In this document: positions 37,813 through 51,393 of the stretch, in pieces
Numbering within the stretch: the stretch's first letter is position 1
Layout of the letters: each line of letters opens with the position of its first letter
From: Chrysemys picta bellii
Taxonomy: Eukaryota
NCBI RefSeq assembly: GCF_011386835.1
Contig: NC_088803.1
Coordinates: 51,522,001 to 51,586,000, forward strand
DNA: 64,000 nt
Direction: 5' to 3'
Translations under genes and position numbers: made by a program
Notes under the pieces: generated by a model
What the model saw: the letters and a program-made list of their open reading frames with translations, nothing else
What the model was told of the DNA's origin: nothing
The model's database searches: none

Positions 37813-40740
37813 GAAAATCTCAATTAAAATAACTTAAAAATCATGATTGGTTTTGTGTTCAGACCATTGTTCCTTCTATGAAGAAGCAATAGGTAGGTTC
37901 ACTTTGCTTTTTGGACGTTACAGTTCGGACCCATCAGGTATACTGACAAAAATCTCCATAGAGGAACCCACTGACTGAATATTTTCACAAAAGTGGGAAC
38001 CCTACAGGGGAGGATCGTGTATAAGACTCAAGAAAATGGATAGTTTTATATTCATCAGATTTTTTTTTTCCATTTAGCACAGCATCTCTTTCCACAGGCT
38101 ACTAGTTCAATCAGTATCTTGATCTTCACCGACAGGGAGGTGTTGCGGTTTGTGTGAATTGAATATGGGTAGGGAAACCCATGGGATCTTGTGCCTTGTG
38201 CTTATTTGCCTTGTAACTTTATTTTCCTCATATGTCAGACGTTTGTGCTTCTTAGTGCCAGTTTGCAGGTAGAACTGTGGAGATGAACGTTGATGTGCAT
38301 TAAATGCAGACTGCACCTGTTATAAAAATAACTTCCAGACATACATCTCGGAGTAAAAAGTTGAAGTAGAGAAAAGGAACTGTGTTTAAACCACCAAAGA
38401 CTTGGCTTCTTTCAGTTCCTCAATCAATGTGCAAGGTTTAAAGGGCCTGGATTAGCTTATGTTTAGCCCAATTTTTTGTTTTAAAAATGTTTTTTTTGTT
38501 TGTTTGTTTTTAAAGCTTTTACATATAACCTCAGGTCTGTAGAAATGTTTCTGTGCTGTATCTTTTTAAAATCCAGAGCAAGTTTTTAAACCAATAAGAT
38601 TTTCCCTGCATTCCTTGCTTCTCAGCTACTTTTCCATTGTATTAGAGCATAAGAAGCTGAAAGAGAAATGAACTAGAAACAGAAATGACAGATCTATTTT
38701 CATTGTCCAGGTTGAGAGAAATACAAAATGTGTGAACAGCACAGATTCTAGTTGTAGTAACGTATGCAATGTTAACATAGGTAAGGACATAAATTTTTAA
38801 AAATATGGTTTTAAATCCGATATTGTCTCTTTAAAACACTGTCTATAAAGAGTTAGTTTTACCAGTGTGATTTCTATCTGAAGATGAGTTAAATCAACAG
38901 CTGTGCTTCTGAAAAACACACAAATGACCTCAGATGGCAAATATCTCTTTGATATTTCCTTTCTTCTATTTGATTTACAGATGTGTACTGAGAAATACAT
39001 ACTCTAAATAAGGTTCATTTATTTTATTTTTAAATTACCATTTACTTTGGAGGGCTTAGATGTAATAGCAATAGTAACCAGTGGATAATGTGGTATCAGT
39101 TAACATTACATCATCACTCGCTTTCCTTGAGGTTGCAATGCACATTGTGTATCCAAAAATGGATGTCCACCTTGGAAGGAAAATGTGTAGTCTTATAATC
39201 AAATATTTTTAAACGGCTTCAGCAAAAAGTATTGCTCTGCTGTTGTTTGCTGGTGGGGTTTTTGTTGTTTTTCCCTTTGGGTTGTCCCTGTGTTTGCTAA
39301 CATTTTCTGTCCCCTGCTAGTTGCAGTGTCCATAGTGACCAGAAATTACTTCAATCTCGTGGCTTTGTGAATGACAAACAACAGCTTCCCTGGTTGCTGA
39401 GCCCCCAACTCCTTGGAGAAGCTAGAGCTTTTTAAAACTATAAACTGACGTTTTTCGTGTAGCTAGTACATTGTGAATGCAGCTTGTTTGGTTCACACGT
39501 GCATTCTGAAACTATGTTCAGTTCCTTTTTCTGGGAAGAGTTGTCTGTAGTCAGCTGGTAGGCAGTTGTCTGCCTAGAGCAGATGCCAGTGTCCTGTCTT
39601 AGCTTGCCAAATGGTGGTGTTTATATACAGGGTGGCAGTTAGCCCATACCACTTAAACCAGAATCATCAAGGGGCTTATGTTATCAGTTGCTATGGTATC
39701 TAAAACCCTGCCATTTTTTACTTCCTTCCATGAGTATGTGTCCATTCGGATGAGTGCCCAGCCATCTGGCCTTGGGACCAACTGCTCCCTGAGATGTCCC
39801 TTTATTATTCCCTTTGGGCATTAGTCTTCTGGTGTTCAGTAGGTACATCCAAGCAGTCAGCTCTGTCCCCTGCAGACACAAAGGTTTCAAGGTCTGTTGT
39901 TAGTTTTGCCGTTGTAGACCCCTTGTCATACCAGCTGGTTCCCTGGATCTTTTTAGTTTGGTGGGGACATGTTTTCTTTTTCTTTTTTACTCTAGGATTT
40001 GGTGCAGTTGCAGCCAGGGCAGTTATTCCCCTTTGAAATATTGGTGAATATCCTTATTATCAAATACAGTAAGCATAGGGTCTGTCTATCATGAAAGTGG
40101 TCATTTTCAAATACTGAAGACAAACCGCATATCTGCCTTTGTTTTAGATAGTACATCTTTTGAGTTAACTGGGGGAATGGAAATAGTACATTTTGATGGC
40201 AAAATCCAGTAGGGTGGGTCGCTTTGAGTATTCCAATTAGACTATCAAATGTAGAAAACGGGTGGGGAGGGTGGAGAATAAGAATCATTTAAAAGTTTGG
40301 GCTGCTGGTCAGTTTTCTGTTTGAAGTTATGGTTCATTTTTGGTGCATATTGTGTCACTTCTGACTCTTGCTCTCTTGGCCCTGCGGACCTCACCTCATC
40401 TGCCTATTTTGCCATCTCTCGAGACAGTGTTGATGTTTTGATTCCTGAAAATCTTTTCAGTAACACAGACTGACATACATGGTTGCAGCATAGATTATTT
40501 TAAATGGCTTTTAAGATCCCTTCTTTAGCATGGGTCTACTATCCAACTTTTTTTATTTTTAAAGTTTGCTTCATATTCGTATGGTAATAAATACAACAGT
40601 ATTTCAAATAGTTTTCAAGAACCCATCTTGAAAAATATTTCAGAGCATGGAATAATGTGTGATTCGATAGGAGTAAGAATGCACTGGCTTTGGTGAACTC
40701 AATGTTGATCAAAGAAGCATGACTAACAACTTCCCAAGGT

Positions 40741-40888
40741 TTCAGAGTAGCAGCCGTGTTAGTCTGTATCCGCAAAAAGAAGAACAGGAGGACTTGTGGC
40801 ACCTTAGAGACTAACAAATTTATTAGAGCATAAGCTTTCGTGGACTACAGCCCACTTCTTCGGATGCATATAGAATGGAACATATATC
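40741..40888 (-). mobile_element. Penelope-like element terminal fragment
   Basis: ttcagagtagcagccgtgttagtctgtatccgc...gtggcaccttagagactaacaaatttatt, recalled as an abundant turtle PLE end. Flanked by a perfect 14-bp direct repeat CAACTTCCCAAGGT (40727-40740, 40889-40902). Confidence 0.8.
40828..40867 (-). ncRNA. Minimal type I hammerhead ribozyme motif (Penelope-associated)
   Basis: Minus strand reads GCAT-CCGAAGA-A-GTGGGC-tgta-GTCCAC-GAAA-GCTT-ATGC. This gives stem I GCAT/ATGC, a 6-bp stem II, a palindromic AAGCTT stem III, and a core with U4 replaced by C. Confidence 0.65.
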
Positions 40889-42269
40889 CAACTTCCCAAG
40901 GTGTGATTATGCTTGTCCTTGCTACAAGTTTTTGGGCCACTGTGTCCCCCTTTTAGTAGATACATCTTATAGGCAACTATGTCAAGAGCAGACACAGTAT
41001 ATGGGCAGTTCTTCCCCATGTCTCCATGCTATCTGCTGATTCAGTTACTGTGTTTCTAACCTTTCTGTTTGCTCACTTTACTTTTCTTTTTTATTAACTT
41101 TTCTCCTGTTACTCCCATTCCTCCTTTTTCCTGTCCATTTTTATTAGTTTTTGCTCTCTTGGTTTTTTTCTCTTCCTTGCCCTTGTTCCCATTGCCTATT
41201 CCATCAATGACCAGAAAGCTACATGCTGCTTGTGATGGAGGTGAATATTGGCGGCTTTCATGTGGCCGAGACGCCTGTTCTCACAACTGAGCTGTGTGTT
41301 GCGAGGGGCGACACACACAGATTGGACCAGCAAGCTGCTTTCTGAGCCTGCACTCCCCACCCCATGAGCTGTTATCTCTGGGCAGCTTTATGAGGGCCCA
41401 TCACAGGGCCAGAGAGGCTGCCTACTTCTTTACCCCTACCAGCATGTTTGCAGTGAGAAATTGGTCCTGCTTTAATTGCTCCGTTGCTCCTCTCATATGG
41501 CACCTTACCCAAGTCGGGAAACCTAACATAATCCATAAGTGTTGCTAAACAGAATGACTACAGTCTGTTCAAACAACCTAACTCTGAGACTAGGAGTATT
41601 GTGTTCTTGATACTCCCAGCTGCCTTGAACTTTGAGAAACAGAAATCATCAGAGAGCTTAGTGCCTTCCGGAGTGGAGTGCTTGACTGTTACAAAGTTCA
41701 TGTGAGGAAGTGTTGCACTTTATATCTAAGTTTTGAGAGAATTTTTTGTTGAGACTGGCATTACATTCCCACAGTTTCTGTCTGCTCAAATGCCTTGGTG
41801 GTGGTGGTCAACTGCATTACAGTGGATGGGAATTACTCAGGAAATCCTTTTTCTTTGAGCTGAGACAGGAAATTACATATATTTGGGGATTCAGACCTGG
41901 ATGTCAGTAGTCACAGTTCTCAATCCTGCCAGCACAGCTAACATCTCCTGAAGGCAGCAAGAGTGTGGGCTGTTCACCCCCTCTCACGTGCATTTAGCCG
42001 TGGTACCAACTGTGCTGGTTACAGACAATTCATTTAGAAAGCACCGAAAGAAGAAAAAAGTCTTTTATGTACACTTGATTTGTGCTACAAGAATTCTTAC
42101 TTTTAACTAAAATTAGTTGATTTCCAGCTGTCTGTTTTAGTAATTATTTATATCGCCTGGGGACCCCAAACAGGTTGTTATAGTGCCTATATATAATATA
42201 TAATGAGAGGCTATGTCCCTTCCCCAAAGCGCTTACAGTCAAAGCAGACAGAGCAGATGAAGGGTGGGA

Positions 42270-42428
42270 GAAAGGAAATAGGTAGTATCCCCATTTTGCA
42301 GATGGGTAATTTAGGCACAAGGATGAAGTGAATTGTCCGAGCTCACCCAGGCAGTCTGCAGCAGATTTGGGAATTAAACCCAGATCTGAATCCCAGACCA
42401 GTGCCTCAGCTACAAGACTGCCATCTCC
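42270..42428 (-). mobile_element. MIR-like CORE-SINE
   Basis: tatccccattttgcagatgggtaatttaggcaca...gggaattaaacccagatct is a reverse-complemented CORE plus B box. Confidence 0.75.
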
Positions 42429-44252
42429 TGTTCAAAGTGACTTATGGCACAGCTATATCTTGACTTGTTTATTTTTTTCCTCTCTCAATGACATTTTCTA
42501 TGTGGCACATTTCCTGACTGGTTTCAGATTAATTTCAGATTTAGTCATGCAAAAACTTTGGATCAAGTTATGCCTGATGAAAGTTGGGCTGCTTTAATAT
42601 CTGTCCCAATATCTCCTTTTTGTGTGGAAAAGCCAACTCACCACCTTACTTGAATGTGAGGAAGCATTTGTTCTAAACTCAGATTGTCAGGTCAAAGTCT
42701 AGCTATTAATTTGGGGTTTTTTTCATCCGTTCCTTACTATAATAACTTTGTGGCATAGCCAGCGTAGTTTAAATTGCCCTAGAGCCCTCAAACAGAAGCC
42801 AGCTTTTCTCTGGTGGACACGGTAGGCCCATCAATTCAAAGAATAGACAGTCACAATCGATTTGAATGCTGTTCCCAGAGACCTCTTGGCACTGTAACAT
42901 CTTAACAGAAAGAACCTTTAAAAGCGTCACGTGTTTACGCGTGCCATGTTATTTTTGGTGTGACTCCATTGAAGTAGAGTTCAGTAATCCTGACCCCACT
43001 GATACGTTCTTTTCTTTAGAAGTGGAGTGTAGCAAATTAGCTTAATGAGTAGATAAGCTCCCTTGCTTTACCTAAAGTGAAAATACGCTAAGGCAGAGAT
43101 TACGTGTATTAGCGTACTTTGGATGGAGCTGTGTTTAAACACACAAACTCTTCAAGTGCTTAGTTCTGGTTATTATACTGTGAAGTTTGGGTCAGTTAGA
43201 ACAATGTTCTCCCTCTGAATAAATTCTGCAGATGACTTTTCCACTGCTGCTCGTGCTCTCTAACTGGAATAGCTGTGCATAATGCCATGTTCAGACACAC
43301 ACTGCTGTGTGACTCTTTCGAGAAACAGAAACTTTTGTGACAAACCTGTCAAAGTAAACATACATTTTGAAGCTGATGTGCATTAGAAGGTGGTTTGGTT
43401 TTTTGTTTTGGTTTGGGTTTTTTAAGTGGATACATTGGCTACGTTTTTATTCTTTAGCCTGTGGTGATAATGATGGAATACAGACTGCTAAATTCATGCA
43501 TTACAATATCCTGACACCTGTTGATAAATTACCACCTTTGAGCCTGTCTTCGCGGGGAACATTTTTGAAAAACTTGATCAATGTAACTGTCAGTGCAACT
43601 AAAGCAGGATACACCTCTCCCACAGATGCACTGCACCAGTCCACGCCAGGGCTTGCAAAGGCACAACTTAATCTGGTTAATTGCCGAAGTAACCTCACTT
43701 TACTTCAGTGTACTGCAGCTCCATTAGCAGTTTGCACAGTGTAGCTACACTGACCTGGTTACACCAGTGAAAATGTTCCTGAGGTAGACAGTTCCTTTGT
43801 CTGACCAATAGCAAACATGGAAATTCTGGTTGTTGTATCTTTGAGACATTTCTTGGTAGCTTTTAACTAGCATCTGGTGACAGCTATTTTAAGATAGTAC
43901 AAGACTTTCAAAATGTAGTAGGCATTTTAGGAATGTGTGCACTTTAGTGCCCTGTGGTAAATGTAGGCTTAAATTACTGGTTTCACAGTCAGGGCTGTTT
44001 CAAAAAAAGGATTTTCTGTTGCCTTGTAAAATACCTTCCTACTAATACTGGTAGAAATATAGTGGGTAAAAGTCATACCTGGGACCCATCATTTCTGTTC
44101 CAAATACCAGCCAGTGACAGTTACGGGCTACGCTATTTTTTTTCCCCTTTACAGCAAAACAGAAAGCATCTCTTCTTTCATGGACCACATTTGCAATTCT
44201 CTGCTTAATCTTCTCTGCCTTAATTTTTTTTTTCTATTTTTTCCTTCCCTAG

Positions 44253-44642
44253 GTCCACAGCAAAGATAAAAAATATGTATGCAAAGTGTGCAACAGAGTG
44301 TTCATGTCTGCCGCCAGCGTGGGAATTAAGCATGGTTCCCGACGCCATGGAGTTTGTGTTGATTGCTCTGGTCGAGGCATAACAGGCCACTTAGATCAGA
44401 ATGGAGGAGAAGGATCTCCAGATGAATTGTATCCTGGTGAAGGCCAGTACATGGAGGATCCAGATGACATGAAGGTGGAGGGAGATGAAGAGATGGGGGA
44501 TGATGATGATATAAAATGGAAAGATGATGTAGGAATTTCACAAGATGATGTGATTCTAGAAGATGACAAAGAAGATGTCGACTCTCCACAGGAGCAAGAG
44601 AACTCTGGAGAGAATGACAAGGATTTTACTTGGATTTCTTAG
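44253..44642 (+). CDS. ZBTB46: ZBTB46 terminal coding exon (atypical third finger plus acidic tail, TAG stop at 44640-44642)
   Basis: Long polypyrimidine tract ending ccctag|GTC. Encodes VHSKDKKYVCKVCNRVFMSAASVGIKHGSRRHGVCVDCSGRG...EGSPDELYPGEG...DKDFTWIS*, in frame after the phase-0 donor at 33591. Confidence 0.94.
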   Translation, partial: VHSKDKKYVCKVCNRVFMSAASVGIKHGSRRHGVCVDCSGRGITGHLDQNGGEGSPDELYPGEGQYMEDPDDMKVEGDEEMGDDDDIKWKDDVGISQDDVILEDDKEDVDSPQEQENSGENDKDFTWIS

Positions 44643-47600
44643 GGAAACGGGGAAGGTTTTGTTTGTAGGGGGAGGGAGGGAAGACAGAGTGTGCTGGGAA
44701 AAACTAAGTAGCCTTGTTGTTGTCCATGTGTGCAAAAGAGTTGTTTGTGGGTTTTTTTAAAACAAACAAGTCCTTTATCTGTACCATTCAGATACTGTAT
44801 TAGTAAGTGTCACTTTTAGTGGCATCAGTTACATCCCTTCCCCTTCTCCCCCATGGAAAAATACGATTGTCTGTCTTTGCCTCTCTGTGGGAGCAAATCA
44901 GATTGCATGCAAGTGACGTAAAGTTTCTGAAGATGTGAGCACTGTGAGGGGGGAGAGACTAGGAGACAGTGTAAAGCGTGTGTTCCTTTTATAAACCTTC
45001 CCCACCCTGAATTAAATACCAGGGAGGTTTTGCGTCCCAAACCATTTTTTTTTAAGTTTTGTTTGTTCTAAATTCACAGCAGCAGTGGACTTACTTACAG
45101 ACTAGTATCATGTAAATAAACTGACCTGTATGTTTGAGGGCTTCTCCATATAACCCAAGCCTTTCACAAAGAATTAATTTAAATATTTAATTTTTTTAAT
45201 TTATATCTTTTTTTTTTTTTTTTAATGGAGCCTGTTAGATCAAACAGCAATTCAGGCTGCAGCCTTAAGAGCCACTTTCATAACATGGGGTCTTAACTCC
45301 CAAATAGTCCATCAGGTTAAAGATCATGAAATTACTTGGGCCCACTGGCATCTTAACAGAATCCAGTTTTCCAACCTTGTTTAGTTACGTTATGTGAAAT
45401 GAGTGGTGGTGTTTCCATAAGATTTCTTTTGTTATAAAAGACGCATATAGTTTAGTACCCAGTTGCTTGGTTTACATGAAAGTTGTCACCTTTCTCCCTT
45501 AGGTGTCAACTAACTGCCTTTTTCATATTTATGTGTAAATTTTAGTAAATATAAGTCATTTAGCAAAATGAATTACAAATTGTGATAACTTAAGAAACTA
45601 GGGGAGAAATCCTGGTTCTGAATTCAAGATTTCTCCCAAGTTATATTATTATTCATCCTTGCCAAGCTAAAACAGTCCTACTTAATTTGTAAGTGTAGTC
45701 CGGATATTTAATTGACTAAGTAAAATTTCCTTTGTTTCAGCCAGGCTGGTTCCGGGTAAGTAAACCTTCTCTTTTAGAGAACCAGATTTCTCCACTAGAG
45801 CATCTCCTCTTTCAGTAGAGTTTACATGGGTGTGTTCCAAATAGTTCAGTTCATATTGGCCATCGCTGCCTTCCTATGACAATGTTTAAAGAAAAAACTC
45901 AATGAAAGTGTCCTGTTCATAATAAAAGCTTCTGCTGTACCTTTCACCTGTATGCTTTTGGTGCTTAAAAAAAAAAAAAAAAGCTGAAGACCTCACTGTT
46001 TTCTTGCTATGGAGCAGACTTTTATATAACCTGTATGAATATGGTGATCTTGAAACCTGCCACAAATAAGCAACCAGTTAAATCTAGGAAGCCAAATGAT
46101 TAAAAGGTGCTATTTTTCCCCCAATTGTGGGAAAGGCAATTTCTTGTGGGAAAAGCATATAAGTCCTTGCAGTTTAATTTTAACAAATGGAAAGCATGGT
46201 TCTCCCCAAATTTTGGGACTCCACTCACAGTGGTTTATACTTTCACATTGTGCAAAAGCACCAGAGTTCTTGCTGTTCAAGTTTGGTACTTGTCAGTAAT
46301 TTGGAAAAATGTTTTTCTAAGCCAATCCATGTTCTTAAATCTACTGTTAGCTCGAAGCAAAGCTCTGTCATCACTTGTCTACACTGCTGCTAATATTTAG
46401 GATTGAGAAAGTTACCCGACAAAAATGGACAACCAGATTCTTTAAATATTCAAGGAATAGTGGGGGAAGGTCATATAAAACCATTTTTATGAAACTGTAA
46501 AAAGCTGTTTTTGCATTTTAGCTTGTTGTAAAGCCCTATAACTGTGTTTAAAAAAACCCCAATATTTTAAGATTGGACCTTTATATCCCTTTTTCTAAGT
46601 GCAAAAGAAATCAGCAGCTGTGTCCACTCTGTGTTGATCATAAAACCAGGCCATTGTTTCATGAACTTGACTGCTTTCACCTGTCAGATATGCAGGCTGT
46701 GGATTTATTGCCATTTATTCTGTAAATATTACGTTTTTTCCCTAAACTTCCAGCAATCACTTGTTACATGTAGACAAATACATACAGTACTTTAAAGATA
46801 CCTGTCGCTTGGCTTTTTATATATTAAATCTATTTAAAAACGGAGAAAGGAGAAAAAACCCAAAACCACAAACCTTCAGTTTCTACATTCCAGTTTTGGT
46901 CCACCCTGACTCCACTATACAGATTCACTATCTTCAGCTAGTACGTTTTAGGGAGAAACACAAGGTATTGATCCTGAGTTGACTTTTTCCCTTGTCCCTG
47001 CCCCCCTTTTGGGCAAACTTGATTTTGTATTAGTATTTTGGGGTGCTTAGCTTTATTTCGTGTTTTATTTGGAAATATTTTATATTGCCTTTCTCTTTTC
47101 CTTTTTTTTTTTTTTTTTTTTTAATGGTGGACAATAAGCCAAATGGCTTTCATAAATGTTTTCTACTAGTGCCACTTCTGTGCTCTTCAAACTGAGGATG
47201 CAAAAAAAACCAACAAAACCCACAAAAAGCTAACTTGTTATAATGTTAAAATTATAATATGGCACATGCGTCTATATTACTAATTTACACTAAATAAATA
47301 TATATACCAAATAAATCATTCTAATATGTGATGTATACTTTGAAGTGCTTTGTTTTTGATGGAGGTGTGCAGATTTGGAAATTAAAAACCTTTCAGGAAT
47401 TTCTTTTTAAACTTTCACACCCTATAGGGGTGAGACATGGGATTTTATTTTTGAAAGACAGTGAGTTTTAAAACAGGGATACTTTCTCTCAAATGGAAAG
47501 GGAGGCTCTCTATACAACTTTACCGGTTACTTCACTTCTGTGTTCTAAACTGAAATCTGAAACTGCACTATGTTTAACTGCAGGGATAATCTCTGTAAAA

Positions 47601-49180
47601 ATGAAAAGAAATCCGATTTGAAAACAGAAAATTAAGCATGAAAGAGACCAGCAATTTCCAGGTCCATCCCCAGGCCCAATTCCACAAAGACGTAAGCAAA
47701 TGCCCAACTTTGTGCAGGTGTTTGACTTTCTAAATTTGGGGCGCCCGTTTAGAGTTTGCCAACCATTGCTCACGTTTTTCTGTGTCCAGATACTTGTGTA
47801 ATTTGCTGCCTATATAAATTTCTATCTTTGCTGTTCTGTGTAAAGAAATTCTGCTTAAATGTTGTTCTATCCAACACTAGCTCAAATAATCTTTAGCATC
47901 CGCTCTTCTATTTCCCTTCAGGAATTTGTATATTTTACTGAGGTTCCCTTTTTAAATTTCATTTTCTTTAAAAAAATAAAATAAAATAAAATGCAGATTT
48001 AATTTCAGAAAACAACTCCCTTAAAATGAAAAATTAAGACATTTGATCTCAGTGGAAATGTGGGTAATTGTTAAAAATGTTTTATATGTAATGTGTAATC
48101 ACTGTACCCTGAATCTTTCTTATTCTCATCTTTTTTATATATAAAATGGGGCCAGGACTAAAAAGAGCATCTCAAATGCAGCTTTGCTAATTTCTCATGC
48201 AGTTCAATGATTGAATGCATTTCTTCAGTTTTGTATACACTATCTATGCAGCTCCGAATAAATACCTAAAGCATGCTAAATGATGCAGTAGGTTAGACCT
48301 TTGTACAATACTGCATTAAAAGCTTTCTTGAACAATACAGGCAACTTAGGTTCTTGGCTTCTCCTTCCTGTCAACTTTTTGTTTCTTTCAAAAAGTCTTT
48401 TTAAAAAAATCCTAATTTATATATATTTGAGTATTGTTTCTTTATATATTAAAGTTTAAGGTCACCATAAAACCTCACAAAGATACAGAATGATTTTGCA
48501 GGGAGATGAGAAGGGGGACATGTCTCATGAAGGTTTTCAAAGTGACTGGTTCTTTTTAAAAACAAATAGTGTTTGGACTATTAAAGGAATATTTTCTTAT
48601 CAAACGGAAACCTACTTTAGCATTAGGTCTCATTTTATGTTTTGTATCTTGAATTATGCCTTTAAATGTTCTGCAACTCCAAAGTGAAAATCGCATTCAG
48701 TTGACTTATATATATATATGTATGTATGTTTGGGAATTTATTACTCTGGGTTATGTGTCAAACTCTTGTTCCTGACAAAGTTATATATTTTGACTCTCAA
48801 TTTGCAGTAGAGCATTGGGTCAAACACTGCCATCTTTGACTAGGCACCTCTGTGAAAAAGATCCACCTTAATGCTTCCAATTTTGCACATCATCCTTTAA
48901 AAAAAAAAAAAAAAACCTCCAAGAAAATGCAAAAACTGGAATTTTTTGCAATATTATGAAAGATAATCTTATTTTAGCTCATTCTGTGACATGTGCAACT
49001 CTTAAGAAAGCCATACTTAATGGTTTTTTTATTTTTAGATTCTATATTGTGTTTTGGATTTCTGCCTTTTTTTAGAATTTCTGCATAGTAAGAGTGCTGT
49101 GTGTATGCTTTCATATATATTTATTTTTCAACATGCTTTAAACCTGTCTACAAAAATAAAACTAAAAATAACAAAAAAAC
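44643..49180 (+). other. ZBTB46: Probable ZBTB46 3'UTR (end inferred)
   Basis: AT/U-rich sequence with no recognised repeats after the stop codon. AATAAA at 45115, 45921, 47293, 49155 and 49520. The actual cleavage site cannot be determined from sequence alone. Confidence 0.55.
49155..49160 (+). terminator. Candidate polyadenylation signal of canonical ZBTB46 mRNA
   Basis: AATAAA followed by GT/T-rich sequence (cagtgtttgaagattgttgactatttttttt) near the end of the AT-rich block. Confidence 0.4.
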
Positions 49181-50305
49181 ACCAAGACAGTGTTTGAAGA
49201 TTGTTGACTATTTTTTTTGCTGGGAATATTCTATATTATACTGACTTTATATTAATTATTATAAACCTGTGTTTGTATTGGAGATGTGTTTAATATTTTG
49301 GGGAGGTGGGGAGATTTTAGTAATCAGAAGTCAGTGGGAGAACATGACTGTGTGTTGTACTGATTTTCTGTAAATGTAGTTCAGGTAAATATTACCTTAT
49401 TTTCTAGTTGATCTCACAGTTTCTTGTCTGCCTAGGCATGCCAAAGGTATGCCTATTGATTATGATTACTTTATGTGATGGGATTAGCTTAGACATACTT
49501 GCAAAAATCAATCAGTTTCAATAAATTGGGAAATTGCTGCTAAAACACGTTGTCTTGGTTTTTTCACACACTGATTGAGACGTGATAGACATCCAAGTGT
49601 CCCATAATATCACTTGAGAGAGTTTGGTTCAGAATCTTGAATGGCCTTTTCCCCCATTAAATTGTCTCCACAGAGACACCCTGTCGAAGCCCACCTGAGC
49701 ATCAAAACTATTCATTTTGGAATAAGAGGGGACCATGTTAAGTCCAGCTCATGCAGGGAGATTTATAAAGAAGCATGAATCCCTTCTTACTTGAGCTCCC
49801 TTTTTCCTATCAGTGGATCTGGAGTCCGACTGAGTTGCTCTGGCTTGAAGTTTTTCTTTAACATTTCTACATTTTGATGGACATTTTCCTTAGCTTAGAT
49901 TTTCTTACTAAACTGAAAACCATTTTTCCTCAGGCCTCATTGAAAAATTGTAATAGAAATTCGAGGGGTAACCCAACTCATCTCCCCACTGATGTAGGAA
50001 CATGTTTCCAGCTGTACCTTTATGACTGTTTGACAAGTCTAGTTTTAAATGTCCCAAACGATGGGGCTTCCCTTCACTAGGAAGCCATTCCACCTCTTGG
50101 AACGTTTTCCTTAATATCATAAGCAAAAGGCCTCCCTTTCGTAATTCCACGCCACTACTCCTAGTTATGGCCCTTTGTACTATACTGAGCTATGGGAGAA
50201 GGTGAGAGGAAGTCTGGCTTTAAACGCTGTGCTTCATGTGCATGTTTGGAGGGTTCCCCATGACATTTGTGTTCTGCCCAGAGAATGCCGTTCTCAGAAC
50301 AGGCT

Positions 50306-50343
50306 GTTAGTCTCAAAGGTGCCACAGGACCCTCTGTTGCTTT
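50306..50343. mobile_element. 38-bp Penelope-like terminus micro-insertion
   Basis: gttagtctcaaaggtgccacaggaccctctgttgcttt resembles the reverse complement of the 40741 element. It is flanked by a perfect 16-bp direct repeat gttctcagaacaggct. Confidence 0.6.
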
Positions 50344-51043
50344 GTTCTCAGAACAGGCTTTCTCAAACAGTGAGGCCCCCTACTGGGGGTGCAGGGAAGA
50401 GTTTCTGAAAGGAGCCTGAAAATCTTGTAAATTTAAAGAGGAGGAAGCAAGAAAATGCAGATCTCTGTGTGGTCTTTTCTTTTACATCACCCCCAAGGAG
50501 CTTGTTCCACCTCCAACCACATTCTCTCCTATGCACCCATCAAAGGCTGTTAGGAATTCCATCCTCTGCAGTGATTCCTCCTGGCCACAGGCTGGCACTG
50601 TCATGAAGGCCAGGGAAACTGTCTCCGTCCTCAGTGCTACCCGGGGTGGAGGCAGCTGCTGTTTCAGGGGTAGCACCATGGCACTGAGGCTCCCTTTGAG
50701 CCCCTATCCCCTTGGCCCATTCCCTTTGGAGTCCTTAAACATTGTCTCCCACCCAGGTTTCCCCATGAGCCCTCCTTCCCCCCAGTGAGACTTGCAGGTC
50801 ACTCTCCCGTCACCACGTGGGAGACGCAGTCTTTCCCCAGCCCTGTAGGTGCTGCACAGAAACCACCTCCTGCAGCGCCGGCCTGAAGTGCCCCAAAACC
50901 AAGAGCCAGGCCTTGAACTCAAAAGTTAGGGAATGCCAGAGTTAAGCCTACATGGGCAACCTCAGTCTGGCCCCCTTGTGTACATGGATTGGAGTGCAGT
51001 CTGTAATTACATGCTATTTGTCCCACAGGACCCCTGCCTCCTC

Positions 51044-51393
51044 TAGGACTTTTCAACCTTTCTTTCTGAGCGCCCCCCCCCCCCCCCCCCCCAACATGCT
51101 ATAAAAACTGTATGGCCCCCCTGTGTCGCAATAACTGGTTTTCTGCATATAAAAGCCAGCGCCGTAGATACGGGGTAGCAAGCCGGGCATTTGCCTGGGG
51201 CCCCTGCAAAGCTACGTTGCTCAGGCTTTGGTTTCAGCTCCGGGTGGTGTGGGGCTTAAGGCCTGCGCTTCGACCCCATGCAGCGGGCTTCGGCTTCCTG
51301 CCCTGGGCCCTAGAAAGTCTAATGCTGACCCTGTTGGCGTCCCCAAAACCTGCTCGCAGCCCTCCAGGGGGCTTCTGACCCCCGGTTTCACTG
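51044..51393. mobile_element. hAT-like MITE, degenerate ends
   Basis: Left end taggacttttcaacc, with a body (gcttcggcttcctgccctgggcc) similar to the 7466 element. Confidence 0.5.

Noticed and set aside
38098-38157. Strong-looking acceptor followed by a short ORF and stop in the last intron (similar case at 36038)
   Set aside because: Acceptor-like sites are common in long introns, and there is no coding signal or other support.
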